This document shows positions 1 through 10,061 of a stretch of DNA of 64,000 nucleotides, one piece after another (position 1 is the first letter of the stretch; each line of letters begins with the position of its first letter). The translations under genes were made by a program, and so were the position numbers. The notes beneath the pieces are model-generated. The model was not told the origin of the DNA, made no database searches, and was given only the letters and a program-made list of their open reading frames with translations. This DNA comes from Planctomycetota bacterium. GTDB taxonomy: Bacteria > Planctomycetota > UBA8108 > SXIK01. The stretch is from contig OZ244999.1 in assembly GCA_965223265.1 (NCBI GenBank), forward strand, positions 5,952,001-6,016,000, given 5' to 3'.

Positions 1-510
1 AGCTTAGTGGTCCTCGAGGACGTCGACCTGATCGCGAAGGACCGCGAATGGCGGGACAACGTCTGTAGCGAGGCACTCCTCAACAAACTGCTCAACGAGA
101 TGGATGGTCTCAGGCCGGACGCTGACGTCCTGTTCATCTTGACGACCAACAGGCCCGAATCCCTCGAAGCCGCCTTGGCGTCGAGGCCAGGACGCGTCGA
201 TCAAGCTATTGAGTTCCCTCTGCCCGACGACGAGGGACGAGCAAAACTGATTCGCCTCTATTCTCGTGGTCTCCCCCTCTCGGAAGAGCTCCTCGAGTCC
301 ACAGTGAAGAAGACGGAGAGCGTCAGCGCTTCCTTCATCAAAGAGCTGATGCGCCGTGCGGCCCAGTTTTTGATCGAACGCAACGCTGACCCCCCGGAAG
401 TCACCCCAGAAGACATCGAGAGTGCTCTGGAAGAACTCTTGGTCACCGGTGGATCGCTGAATCGAAAGCTCCTCGGCGCAGGGGCGAAAGACGACGGCGG
501 ATCGGGTTGA
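1..510 (+). CDS. AAA+ ATPase, C-terminal part (gene starts before the window)
   Basis: Walker B-like LVVLEDVD, LLNEMDG, TTNRPE sensor-1, RPGRVD arginine-finger region and IEFPLPD, typical of FtsH/Cdc48-type AAA domains. Confidence 0.9.
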   Translation, partial: SLVVLEDVDLIAKDREWRDNVCSEALLNKLLNEMDGLRPDADVLFILTTNRPESLEAALASRPGRVDQAIEFPLPDDEGRAKLIRLYSRGLPLSEELLESTVKKTESVSASFIKELMRRAAQFLIERNADPPEVTPEDIESALEELLVTGGSLNRKLLGAGAKDDGGSG

Positions 511-571
511 AATTCAACATCGAAGGGCTCGATTGGCAGGCTCTCGGAGTGTACCTATTGTTTTCTCTTCG

Positions 572-833
572 CTAGCCTCGAGTTTGGCCATTTCGCGCCG
601 GCCTGGCCGGACGAGTTTCGCGGGGGTTCCGAGGCCCTTTCGACTTTTTCGTACCCTGAGAACCCTTGTGCCCATTCAAAAACTCCTGTCCGGCCCTTCG
701 GGGAACGCCAGGAGCGCCGATGCCTGCGTCACTCCTCCGCCACGACCCGAGCGGGATCGCGCCCGAGTCGTTCCTTGGCCTCGACGCTCCTGGCGCTGGC
801 AGGCTCGACGCGAAATGGCCAAACTCGAGCTAG
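572..833. mobile_element. MITE/REPIN-like non-autonomous element
   Basis: Perfect 21-bp terminal inverted repeat CTCGAGTTTGGCCATTTCGCG (577-597 / 809-829), CTAG at both ends (572-575, 830-833), internal 11-bp IR CGCCAGGAGCG (706-716 / 785-795); lies between convergent genes. Confidence 0.65.
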
Positions 834-843
834 CGCTCAGCCT

Positions 844-1086
844 TCAACTGATGATCAATAGAGCCACGTAAGGCACGACATTGAACATCAGAAAGAAGAT
901 CTTGAAGAGGCCGAGAAACGAGTACATGACGACGTTGAAGGCGTCTCTCGAGAGAGGAAACCACTTGCTCTGGATGCGGTAGACGAGATCGGGTGCGAGC
1001 GCGAACGCCGTGATCCAGAGAACGAACATCGCCGCGTGAAGGATCGTGCACCACATAAAGAATCGAGTCAGCGTGTCAAGGTCCAT
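844..1086 (-). CDS. Small membrane protein (DUF6868-like)
   Basis: 80-aa hydrophobic ORF MDLDTLTRFFMWCTI...FNVVPYVALLII; GAAAGGAG RBS upstream of ATG 1086. Confidence 0.75.
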   Translation of the reverse strand: MDLDTLTRFFMWCTILHAAMFVLWITAFALAPDLVYRIQSKWFPLSRDAFNVVMYSFLGLFKIFFLMFNVVPYVALLIIS

Positions 1087-1346
1087 ATCGCTCCTTTCCA
1101 AACGGGTTTCTGAGTTCCTTGCTGCGCTACGCTGCACCGATCGGGCCGACCGTCGCCCTCGAGCGGACCAGTAACAGACAGGGCGGTGCGCACATGTCTT
1201 GATGTTGTGTCTCACACGAGGATTCAGCCACCACGAATCCGACTCTTCTCCGACTTATACCCTACACATCGCGTCGTACGGTGGAGGTGGGCCGGATAAC
1301 GCCAGAGGACTCAAGGAGCATCTGAGAACAATCCGATGTTACAGGC

Positions 1347-1928
1347 ATGATCCTTCCTCTCATCGGCTACGCCCTCCTCGCACTCGTTGGCCTCGGAGCG
1401 GTGCTCTGGATCGTGGGGGCTTTCAACGACCTGATCCGTCTTCGTGCCAAGACGCACCAAGAGTTCGCCAATATCGATGTAGTTCTCCGCCAGCGACACG
1501 ATGAGATTCCATCGCTCGTTGCCGTGTGCAAGGGATACATACAGCATGAAGCGGCCGTGCTTGAAAAAGTGACCGCGCTTCGAAGCGATTATCAACGCTC
1601 CGATGACATCAACGCGAAAGTACTCTTGGAAAACGAACTTCATCTGGCTCTCTTCGGGCTTGTCGGCATCGTCGAGAACTATCCAGACCTGAAGGCGAAC
1701 GAACAGTTCCTGCGACTTCAAAAGAGACTGACAGAACTCGAGACCACGATCGCTGATCGCCGCGAGCTCTACAATCAAGCCGTGACCTACTACAACACAG
1801 CAATCGAGCAGTTCCCGCAGCTGGTTCTCGCCTGGCTCTTCCGCTTTCGGCCGCTCGAGCTCTTTGCACTTGAGAGCCTGATTGAAGGTGAGGCAACGCA
1901 ACTCAACTTCGCAGGGTCACGGTCGTAA
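1347..1928 (+). CDS. lemA: LemA family protein
   Basis: N-terminal TM helix, NIDVVLRQRHDEIP, ENYPDLKANEQF, IADRRELYNQAVTYYN and FPQLVLA motifs. Confidence 0.92.
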   Translation: MILPLIGYALLALVGLGAVLWIVGAFNDLIRLRAKTHQEFANIDVVLRQRHDEIPSLVAVCKGYIQHEAAVLEKVTALRSDYQRSDDINAKVLLENELHLALFGLVGIVENYPDLKANEQFLRLQKRLTELETTIADRRELYNQAVTYYNTAIEQFPQLVLAWLFRFRPLELFALESLIEGEATQLNFAGSRS

Positions 1929-1936
1929 GGGGCACG

Positions 1937-4429
1937 ATGGCCAGACAGCGGGCAAGGTCGACGAGTTCAAACGCGCGGGCAGACAAGCGCGCTCAGTCGC
2001 CGCGAGCGCGACGCCATCCTTGGCGGCGCTTCCTGATCGCGCTGATTGCCACATCTACCATAGCGTTCGGCGCGCTCACTTTGTTCTTTCTGTCGACCGA
2101 TTGCTGGAACTCGCGTCGGTCTCTTCCGCTCGCAATCGACGATTTCTTTTTCGCGCTGCGAACGCTCGCCGCCGAGCAGTTCCGCGGGAATGTACCACCA
2201 TTCTCAGATGAGAACTATGACACCGTGATGAGTCACCTCGAGGACGAAGTCGACAGCTCCGTCCGTTCAGCGGCGCGCTGGCACTTGCAAGAGTGGGGAG
2301 CGCACGCAGCTCCTCGCCTCGTCCAGGAACTTTCCGGCCATGCTGGACGGTCGCGCCGCCTCGCGGCCATCGAAATTCTCGGGGCACACCGAGTTCGCGC
2401 GGCGATCCCGCCTGTCATCGAGAGACTGCGTAGCACGACGAGCTCTCTCGAGCGCGAAAGGATCTTAGATTTTCTCGACACACTCCGGGCACCAAGCGCG
2501 TTGCCCGCACTTGTCGAGCTCGCCGAGTCGATTCCGCACGATGACCGCGACTACGCTCGAGCCCTGGAGTCGATCGCGCACACCAGCGTTGGATCCGACT
2601 ATTTGCTCAGTCTCGTCAAATCGACACCTCTACCTCGCCCCGAGGTATTCTCCGCTTTGATCCTCAGCGGTGATCACCGCGGCGTGGAGTTCGTCGCCAC
2701 CTACCTCGACCATCCGGACTACTGGATTCGGCGAGGAGCCGCGTTTGCACTCTCCAACTCGACCGCGGCGGTTCCCCTTCTTCTCACACACCTTGCGTCG
2801 GAGCGGGACGATTTCCAACGCGAATTGCTGATCGACCCTGGGCTCAACAGTCCCACGGTCGCGAACGTGCGCGTCGCTGCTCAGCGCGTAGGAGCACTCA
2901 CGCAAGATCCGGTCGTGGGTGTCGCCGCCGTCAAGACACTGGCCGCGCACGATACGGCTTGGGCCATCGCCGAGCTTTGGAAGTGCCAAACTTGGCAAGA
3001 CCCATCGGATGTCATCGGCCGCCTAGACGCGGCGACAACGTACGGCCCGTCTCTCCTCGAAGCCCTATTGCGCCACCCACGACCGAATGTCCGCTCGGGT
3101 GCGATCCTATCTCTCGGTGAAATTCACTCGCCGATCTGCACGGCACTGATCCAACGTGCGGCGTATCGTGACCCGGACAAAAAAGTCAGAGCTGTCGCCC
3201 GCCGAGAGTTGCTCACCCAAGACAAGTTCCGCTTGCACGCATCGATGCGTCGATTCCAGGGCCTGCCTGAAAAGCGCTGGGACGACTGGAACCCACCTCT
3301 CGGGGACCTACCACGATTCGTACGCGGCCTGCACTTCATCGCGTGCGCGTTTGCCGCGTTGCTCGCCTGTGCCTTGATCTGCGGATGGGTCAAACCCTTC
3401 GAACCGGATCGATTTCGTTTCTTCGTCGCGTTCTTCCTCGTCGAGGGTCTCTTGGGTAATTTCATCGTCTTCGACGATAGCGTGGCTGCGTTCCGCGTTG
3501 CGGTGGGAATCCACACTCTGCTGCTGACAGGATTCCTCGTCCAAGATCGCGCGTTCGTGCGCCGACGTTTCGAACGACTCGCAGGAGCCAGTCTTTGGGC
3601 GCTGATCCCCTGCACGATGTACTGGGGAACCCCCGTCGTCGCGGACGCACTGCGTACGGCCGCCGGCGAGTTCTCATTCTTTCTTGCGCTCGTTCTGCTC
3701 CTACTGCTCGGCGTAGTTGCTGCGCTGCCGGTGTTCGTCTCTTGGCTTCACATCCCGGTGTGGCTGAAACGCGGGATCGTCTCGGGTGTCCTCAGTGCTT
3801 TCCTGGTCCTTTTCGGGATCGCTCTCACCTACTTTTCGAAGGTGGCGTGGCGACATGGGGCAGAAGCAGACACGGTAATCGCGGCGCTCTTACTCGTGCC
3901 GCTGACGCTCAAGCTTTTCGGTTTGCTCTCCGACGCTCATAGGGACCGCAAAGCGACGACACCAAAAATGCCCTCCAGCTCACAGGGGCGCCTTCGACTC
4001 TTCGACGTTGGCCCGACAACCACGCTGCGTCTGCCGCGAGGCCGCACTTGGAGCGCTGTGATCCTGGTGCTCCTCGGAGCCGCTCTGCTTGTTGGGCTCG
4101 GCTCTACTGTCGCAGAAGGGAGCCTTCGCTCCTGGGGAAGTGGACGGCTTGTGCTCACCTTCGTCTGCGGTGCGGTCGGCGCGCTGCTGGTAACGGCAGG
4201 CGCGTGTGCTCTCTTCTGTCGGCACGTCGTCCAGGTGCGGGACGGACTCGTGCGTCATGGCGTTGCGCTCTACGGCGTCGTCGTCTCGAGAACCTCCTGG
4301 AGACGTTCACCTCCTTACGATCTCGAGTTGACGACTGAAGAGAAACGATTCTTACGCCAACTGATCAGCAACTCGGTGCCCCACACGACGCCCCCGCACC
4401 AAAGAACAGTCGCAGGAACGGTCGTATGA
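1937..4429 (+). CDS. HEAT-repeat polytopic membrane protein
   Basis: N-terminal TM, HEAT/PBS-like repeats (IRRGAAFAL, VRSGAILSLG, DPDKKVRAVA), C-terminal half with about 10 hydrophobic segments; operonic with lemA. Confidence 0.75.
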   Translation: MARQRARSTSSNARADKRAQSPRARRHPWRRFLIALIATSTIAFGALTLFFLSTDCWNSRRSLPLAIDDFFFALRTLAAEQFRGNVPPFSDENYDTVMSHLEDEVDSSVRSAARWHLQEWGAHAAPRLVQELSGHAGRSRRLAAIEILGAHRVRAAIPPVIERLRSTTSSLERERILDFLDTLRAPSALPALVELAESIPHDDRDYARALESIAHTSVGSDYLLSLVKSTPLPRPEVFSALILSGDHRGVEFVATYLDHPDYWIRRGAAFALSNSTAAVPLLLTHLASERDDFQRELLIDPGLNSPTVANVRVAAQRVGALTQDPVVGVAAVKTLAAHDTAWAIAELWKCQTWQDPSDVIGRLDAATTYGPSLLEALLRHPRPNVRSGAILSLGEIHSPICTALIQRAAYRDPDKKVRAVARRELLTQDKFRLHASMRRFQGLPEKRWDDWNPPLGDLPRFVRGLHFIACAFAALLACALICGWVKPFEPDRFRFFVAFFLVEGLLGNFIVFDDSVAAFRVAVGIHTLLLTGFLVQDRAFVRRRFERLAGASLWALIPCTMYWGTPVVADALRTAAGEFSFFLALVLLLLLGVVAALPVFVSWLHIPVWLKRGIVSGVLSAFLVLFGIALTYFSKVAWRHGAEADTVIAALLLVPLTLKLFGLLSDAHRDRKATTPKMPSSSQGRLRLFDVGPTTTLRLPRGRTWSAVILVLLGAALLVGLGSTVAEGSLRSWGSGRLVLTFVCGAVGALLVTAGACALFCRHVVQVRDGLVRHGVALYGVVVSRTSWRRSPPYDLELTTEEKRFLRQLISNSVPHTTPPHQRTVAGTVV

Positions 4430-6258
4430 AGCTCACTTCGTCACTTCTTGTCGTGCTGATCCTTACGGGGGGCGCCGCCGCCAGAGCAGAGAACCCGCAG
4501 CCCGGAAACTGGGTCCGGATCCTGGAGAAGGGACCTCGCCAGGAATGGAGCGCCGCGATTGACTCTTTGCTGGCACTCAAGAAACTGCCGCCCCAGGCTG
4601 TCTCGACACTGGTGAGACGACTCGACGTGATGGATGTGGACGACCGCCGCCGGTTCGCCAAAGCACTGAACTGGAAAGTCCTCCGTCCAGAGACGCTGGA
4701 GGCCGCGATTCGTCTGCTGTCGGAGTCGGAGCCGGATACGAAGACGTCGAAGTACGCGCGAAGAGCGATTGCAAGCTGCGATCGAGAATTCGCCACGGAG
4801 ATCCTCATCAGCAACCTCTCAGGGTCCCAACCCCATCCACGCCTGGACTGGCTCGCACTTCTGCTCGCCGATCGCTGGCGCGAAGAGGAGGCAATGAGGC
4901 GACAAGTGGATTCCATTGACGCCGTAACAGTTCTCGACGACGTCGCAAAAGGATGTCGATTTCCCGTCTTCGATGTACTGTCGCCTCTTCTTTCGCACTC
5001 CGAGGCCAAAGTGCGTGAGGCCGCAGTGCGCTCTCTTTGGTACGTCGGGGACGTACGCGTTCACGACGCCGTCAAACCGCTGAGCAACGAAGCCGACCCA
5101 CTCGTCCGCCTCCCGGCGCTGCGCCTGTTGGCATCGCGCGGCGACCTTGAGGCTCTGGCGCCACTCCTCAAATGGGCCGACACCGAAGCGCCCGTTACGC
5201 GGCGCTGGCACCGCAACCGCCGGTTCGAGAGGGTCGGCTACGCCTTTGCTCACACCCACTTCGCCGAGCTTCTCGAGCTCTACCGAAGGGCAGCGAGCGA
5301 GTCGCAGAGGCTCGACTACGTCGCGCTCGTTGAGGGTGGGGTCAGCGCCAACATTTTGAGCAACGAAGCGACCCTCGCGGTCATGGAACGTTACACGTCA
5401 GATCCGGATGAATTCATCTCGAGCACCGCGAAGCGAATCCTTAGATGGAAAGATCGACGGAGCGCCCCGTCAGCGTCGGACGGTCTCAGCACATCACTCC
5501 TCGTCTGTGTGGCTCTTGCAGCTGCGCTTGTCGGCTTCGTCCTCTTCCATTGGGCGTTTCGCCTCCTTGGACTGCGGCGACTCTTTCGTAGCGCAACACC
5601 GACGCCGATTCGTTCACTCGCCCTGGGGCACGTCACGATCGAGGGAAAAGTCCGCGCGCGGGGCCCTCGCTTGACCCATCCCTACACCGGGGAGGCGTGC
5701 GTCTACTACCCTGGAGCCGACCGTCACCACCGGGCCGTCGAGTTCGCCGTCGAAGATGGCACTGGCGAGGTGATCGTCGACGCTCGGCAGCTCGTCACAC
5801 TCTCGGAGGATGGCATCGTCGAAGAAGGGGAAAGGGTCTTCCTCGTCGGCACTGCTCGGCGAAAAGGTCAGAGCATCGAGATCGCGAAAGACGAATCCCC
5901 ACGACCGATCTACGCCCGCTGCGTCCACTTCGTCGTTCGACACGTTCTCGGTCACGCTGCCAAAAGCGGTAGCGCTCGTCTTCTCTTCTCGGATCCGAGC
6001 CGCTGCTTCTGCGTTTGGGATGACCTTCACAACAGGCCGTTCGCCTGCTGGCGAGAAAGCGCCATAACGTTCGGATCGATCGCGCTGATCGGTGCGTGGG
6101 TCTGTGTGTTCGCGATAGCGGGGCTGGCGATCGTCGACCAGGAGCTGTCCGCGAAGCTTCGCACGTCGCTCCATGGTTTGTGGGAAACAACCGCGCACGC
6201 GGCGGCGACCGAAGACGTCAACACGCGGGGCGATTCTCGGCCAGATCCTGACGTGTAG
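4426..6258 (+). CDS. HEAT-repeat protein with TM-flanked GIDE-like domain
   Basis: Signal peptide, HEAT repeats (VREAAVRSLW, VRLPALRLL), TM, then TPIRSLALGHVTIEGKV...PYTGEACVYY...FAVEDGTGEVIVD, then TM; ATGA overlap with previous stop. Confidence 0.7.
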   Translation: MKLTSSLLVVLILTGGAAARAENPQPGNWVRILEKGPRQEWSAAIDSLLALKKLPPQAVSTLVRRLDVMDVDDRRRFAKALNWKVLRPETLEAAIRLLSESEPDTKTSKYARRAIASCDREFATEILISNLSGSQPHPRLDWLALLLADRWREEEAMRRQVDSIDAVTVLDDVAKGCRFPVFDVLSPLLSHSEAKVREAAVRSLWYVGDVRVHDAVKPLSNEADPLVRLPALRLLASRGDLEALAPLLKWADTEAPVTRRWHRNRRFERVGYAFAHTHFAELLELYRRAASESQRLDYVALVEGGVSANILSNEATLAVMERYTSDPDEFISSTAKRILRWKDRRSAPSASDGLSTSLLVCVALAAALVGFVLFHWAFRLLGLRRLFRSATPTPIRSLALGHVTIEGKVRARGPRLTHPYTGEACVYYPGADRHHRAVEFAVEDGTGEVIVDARQLVTLSEDGIVEEGERVFLVGTARRKGQSIEIAKDESPRPIYARCVHFVVRHVLGHAAKSGSARLLFSDPSRCFCVWDDLHNRPFACWRESAITFGSIALIGAWVCVFAIAGLAIVDQELSAKLRTSLHGLWETTAHAAATEDVNTRGDSRPDPDV

Positions 6259-6307
6259 CACGCGTCTGCGCAAAGAACAGAGGGCCTCGACGCCGCCGTC
6301 GAAGCAC

Positions 6308-7645
6308 CTACTTGCCGCTAGCGGCCAACAGAGCCTTCAGCTCTTGACCAAACCCCGTCAAGAATCGTTCGTCGCAGTAGACGTTGTAGGCAACACCTCG
6401 GGATCGATCGCCGCCTTGGCGCGATGCTCGCCGCGCGCTCCCGCTCACAAAGTCGCCCATGGGCTGGACCCCGTCCCGGAAGCGTCGAAAGAGCGCTTCA
6501 AACGCCGCGAACGAGTCGTCGATGCCGATCCACTTGCGGCCGAGCTCGTCCGCTGCATGCAGGCTCGTCCCCGAGCCGCAGAAAGGATCGAGGACGAGAT
6601 CCCCTTCATCAGTGCCCGATGCGACGATGGCCTTCAGCATGTGGAGATTCTTTTCGGTGGGATACCCGGTCACCTTAATGCTCTGGTGATGGGCATCACG
6701 AAAGTCCTCCCAGTAGTCTGTTCGCGGCGTGGTCTTGTTCGGCTCGAGCCAGACCTTGCGGCGTGGATTGCCGTTGCGTGACCAGTGAATGTCGCCTCGT
6801 GCGTCGAGCTCGTCGAGCGTGGACGGCCTAAGCTGCCAGTGCTTTCCCGGCGGCGGCTTCGTCCCACGCCATGGCTTGCCGCAGTCGCCGCGGCGTGTCC
6901 CGGGTGCGTGAATCGGCACCAACTTGAAGCGGCGACCACTGGCGGGATCGATCTTGGGGTATTCGCGCTCGATCCACTCTTGGCTGGGGCTCAAGCGAGG
7001 CTGGTGGAACTTGTAATTCTTAGTTTTTGAGTAGTAGAGCACGTAGTCGTGCAAGTTGGGGTACTGCTTCTTGGTGTAGTTCTTGCTGCTGCACTTGCGG
7101 CGCACGATCAGGTTGATGAACTGAGCCGGACCGAACACCTCGTCCATGACGACCTTCAGATGACACACCATCTGATGACCGATGTGAACGTAGATCGATC
7201 CGTTTTCGGCGAGGAGCTCGCGCATGAGAAACAGTCGGCGCCGCATGAACTCTATGTAGGGAGCCGGGGCAAGCAGATCCTTGTAGGCGTGCTCGAGCTG
7301 CCGCGACTGAAACTCCATGCCCGTCTGGAAAGGTGGGTCGGCGTAAATCAGCGACACGCTGCCGGCGTACTCAGAGAGGAGCGATTTCATGCCGCAAAAA
7401 TTGTCGCACAGGAGGAGGGCGTTCGGACTCAGCTTGCGAGCGCTACGAAAACAGCCTTTGGCGTAACGCAGCAGGGCGCGCCGCGGTGAGCTCGGCGTAA
7501 GAATCTGCTCTTCTGACAGCTTGCGATCAAACGCAAGACCGACGGCAGCAGAGTCGTCGGGCAAGGGATGCTGCTCGCGCCCGACCGACGCGCCTGAAAG
7601 CGAGTCTCTTCCGAGCTTCTCTCCCCTAACGATGCCGGTCGCCAC
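6308..7645 (-). CDS. Site-specific DNA methyltransferase (N6-A/N4-C, beta-class motif order)
   Basis: Catalytic motif IYADPPF precedes SAM-binding VLDPFCGSGT; YPTEK motif; GSIYVHI...LKVVMDEVFG. Confidence 0.92.
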   Translation of the reverse strand: MATGIVRGEKLGRDSLSGASVGREQHPLPDDSAAVGLAFDRKLSEEQILTPSSPRRALLRYAKGCFRSARKLSPNALLLCDNFCGMKSLLSEYAGSVSLIYADPPFQTGMEFQSRQLEHAYKDLLAPAPYIEFMRRRLFLMRELLAENGSIYVHIGHQMVCHLKVVMDEVFGPAQFINLIVRRKCSSKNYTKKQYPNLHDYVLYYSKTKNYKFHQPRLSPSQEWIEREYPKIDPASGRRFKLVPIHAPGTRRGDCGKPWRGTKPPPGKHWQLRPSTLDELDARGDIHWSRNGNPRRKVWLEPNKTTPRTDYWEDFRDAHHQSIKVTGYPTEKNLHMLKAIVASGTDEGDLVLDPFCGSGTSLHAADELGRKWIGIDDSFAAFEALFRRFRDGVQPMGDFVSGSARRASRQGGDRSRGVAYNVYCDERFLTGFGQELKALLAASGK

Positions 7646-8079
7646 GCTGGCAAGTCTCCTCGTGCTTCGGCTTCACTTCTGGTCGACGCGCGACCGCTAC
7701 ACGGCGATCTCCAAGTCTCCAGATCTCCAGGATCTTCAGTCCGCGATCTTTGGTCACACTCATCTCAAGAGACTTGAGCGCTGGCAAGTCTGATCAGAAA
7801 GGTGTCTTATGTCAACGCCGAACAACATGCCGGCGAACGTCTCGAGGACCGCGATTCTACGAGGACTCGGCACCGGTTCCTTTCCGCCGACACCTTCGTG
7901 CACCCAGGGAAAAACTCCGGCCAACTGCGAAGATACGACCACCCAGCGACCGAGGAAACAAAGAAAGACCTCAACGCCTGCAACAATGGCGAAAACAGCA
8001 AAAAGTTCAGTAATAACCTCTCTCGAGACGCGGCAGCAGACGGCGCGTCCATGCGCGTCGTCTCCCCCATCGCCAGCGC

Positions 8080-9042
8080 ATGGCTCACAGATCGCCAGCG
8101 CCTAGCTCACAGTTCGTACGCTGGCGGTGCGAACCCGAATCTGAGTTTCCCGTGCCCACAAACATTCGCCTCAAACTATTGAAGAAACTCCGCAGCCGTT
8201 CGCATCGGTACGGCCTCTATCGTCTGCTGACACAGTCGACGACGCTGGCGATCCTTTTCTTCGTGCCGCTCTCCGGCCTGGCTCGCTGCGACCTCTGGGG
8301 TGGGGAGCATCGTTCACTCTTTCGCTCCGTCAGCGCCTTCGATGGCTTTGTCGCAGTCAGCGTCGGGGTCGCAGTGCTCTACCTCATCACCTTCGTCGCC
8401 AATTTCCTCTGCGGTCGGCTGTTCTGCGGTTGGGGCTGTCCCGTCGCGCAGGTCTCACGCTTCGGCGAAGCGCTCGAGTCGGGCGGCTGGCGTGCGAGAC
8501 TTGAGGGCGGTGCGTTCGCGACGCTTCTCGTACTCGGAGTCATGCTCTGGTGGGTGAGCCCGCGGATCATCGTCGACGGTAGCCTCGGCGCTTGGGCGGT
8601 GGCGGGCGCCGCTTTCTTGACGCTGTTTGCGCTCACCTACGCCCACGCGAAGGTGTTCCGCTGGGGGTTCTGCAAGAAAGCATGCCCGATCGGGCTTTAC
8701 TACTCCGTCGTCGCCACCGAGCCATCACACGGCATCGTGTTCGAGCGAGAGCTCGAGACCTGCAAGGAGTGCAGCCTCTGCGATCACGTCTGCCCGGTCG
8801 ATCTACACCCGCGCGAGCTGTCGCAAGCGCGAGATGGCCTTGGCGGCTTAGCGTTCGACGGCTTGCCGGAAGACAATCACTGTCTGCGCTGCGGCGACTG
8901 CGTCGAGGCGTGCGAATATGTCTTCGCGAAGGAACCCGAAGACCGCGTGCCGCTGCGCTTCGGCTACGGCAGAAAAGGCGCGCCGCTCGAGCCTCGGCGC
9001 CGAGCCGAGGAAGGCGCTCGCGATGCGACCGAGGCGAGCTAA
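8080..9042 (+). CDS. Membrane-bound 4Fe-4S protein (CcoG/FixG/NapH-like)
   Basis: GRLFCGWGCP and FCKKACP motifs, two ferredoxin motifs CKECSLCDHVCP and CLRCGDCVEAC, several TMs; real start may be GTG 8152. Confidence 0.85.
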   Translation: MAHRSPAPSSQFVRWRCEPESEFPVPTNIRLKLLKKLRSRSHRYGLYRLLTQSTTLAILFFVPLSGLARCDLWGGEHRSLFRSVSAFDGFVAVSVGVAVLYLITFVANFLCGRLFCGWGCPVAQVSRFGEALESGGWRARLEGGAFATLLVLGVMLWWVSPRIIVDGSLGAWAVAGAAFLTLFALTYAHAKVFRWGFCKKACPIGLYYSVVATEPSHGIVFERELETCKECSLCDHVCPVDLHPRELSQARDGLGGLAFDGLPEDNHCLRCGDCVEACEYVFAKEPEDRVPLRFGYGRKGAPLEPRRRAEEGARDATEAS

Positions 9043-9359
9043 GCTAACCTCGAGTTGGACCCTGGATTGAGGTCAGCTTCGCAGTGAGGTAGCAGCCGGT
9101 TGCGACATTGTCCCCGGTGTGCGAGAACGCAGTGAGAATCTGATCGATGATTCGAAACAGGGCACTCAAGCGCGAAGACTTCTTGTGGCGCTCTTCGGCG
9201 AGAGTTAAGCTGAGCGTCGCACACACTCTTGGCGGTGGACTGCGCTCGTCTGGGCGCGGGTCGTGATGCGAACGGCGGCAGGTTTGACTCTGGTCTCAGT
9301 CGCGGCGGCGACGAGATCTCCCGAAGGCGTCAGCGAGCCGCACTCTGGGGGAACTCCTC

Positions 9360-10061
9360 ATGGCACTGCCGGACTCGACTTGCTGGATGCTGATCGAAGG
9401 AGCTGCTTCGGGGCGGAAAGAATGCCGGGACGATTTCGGCCGCCGCTATGAGCCGGTTGTGCGCGCGTACCTCGGCGCGCGTTGGCGTGATTCTGCACTC
9501 CGCCTCGATGTCGATGACGCCGTGCAGGAGGTCTTCCTCGAGTGCTTCCGTGAAGGAGGCGCGCTCGACCGCGTCGAGAAGGACCGCGCCGGAGGATTTC
9601 GTGCTTTTCTCTTCGGCGTCTCGCGCAACGTCGCGCTCCGAGTCGAACGCGCGCGTGGCCGTACTCGGGAAGCGCAGCACGCCGGCGTGCCCGATCCCGA
9701 CGACCTGGCGCGGCAAGAAGCGACTCTGTCGCGCCTCTTCGATCAGGCCTGGGCGAAATCGATCTTTCGTGAAGCCGCGGATCTCCAGCGCCAGCGGGCC
9801 ACCGAGCAAGACGGCGCGCCGCAGGTCGGGGTTGGGGCAGAGAAACGCGTCGAACTCCTCCACCTCCGATTCCACGAAGATCTGCCGATTCGAACGATCG
9901 CGGTGCGCTGGGGTGTCAATGCCGCCCTGCTGCACAAGGAGTACGCGCGCGCGCGCCAGGAGTTCAGGGCGGCCCTGCGCGAAATCGTCGCGTTCCACCA
10001 TGGGGGGTCTCCGCCAGAGATCGAACGAGAATGCAGTGAGCTACTGCATTTGCTGAGCTAG
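9360..10061 (+). CDS. ECF sigma-70 factor (planctomycete kinase-associated type)
   Basis: STCWMLI, DVDDAVQEVF, GGFRAFL (region 2) and C-terminal HTH (LPIRTIAVRWG); directly upstream of a Ser/Thr kinase. Confidence 0.85.
   Translation: MALPDSTCWMLIEGAASGRKECRDDFGRRYEPVVRAYLGARWRDSALRLDVDDAVQEVFLECFREGGALDRVEKDRAGGFRAFLFGVSRNVALRVERARGRTREAQHAGVPDPDDLARQEATLSRLFDQAWAKSIFREAADLQRQRATEQDGAPQVGVGAEKRVELLHLRFHEDLPIRTIAVRWGVNAALLHKEYARARQEFRAALREIVAFHHGGSPPEIERECSELLHLLS

Noticed and set aside
7707-7740. Short imperfect ATCTCCAG-like tandem repeat
   Set aside because: Four degenerate units only; indistinguishable from low-complexity sequence
7802-8182. ORFs upstream of the methyltransferase as a restriction/HNH nuclease remnant
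   Set aside because: Only a vague NACNN..N.KK resemblance; no PD-(D/E)xK or HNH motif can be supported
9042-9210. Possible integron attC site (AGCTAAC ... GTTAAGC after a stop codon)
   Set aside because: About 170 bp is too long, there are no complementary L boxes, and there is no integrase or second attC in the window
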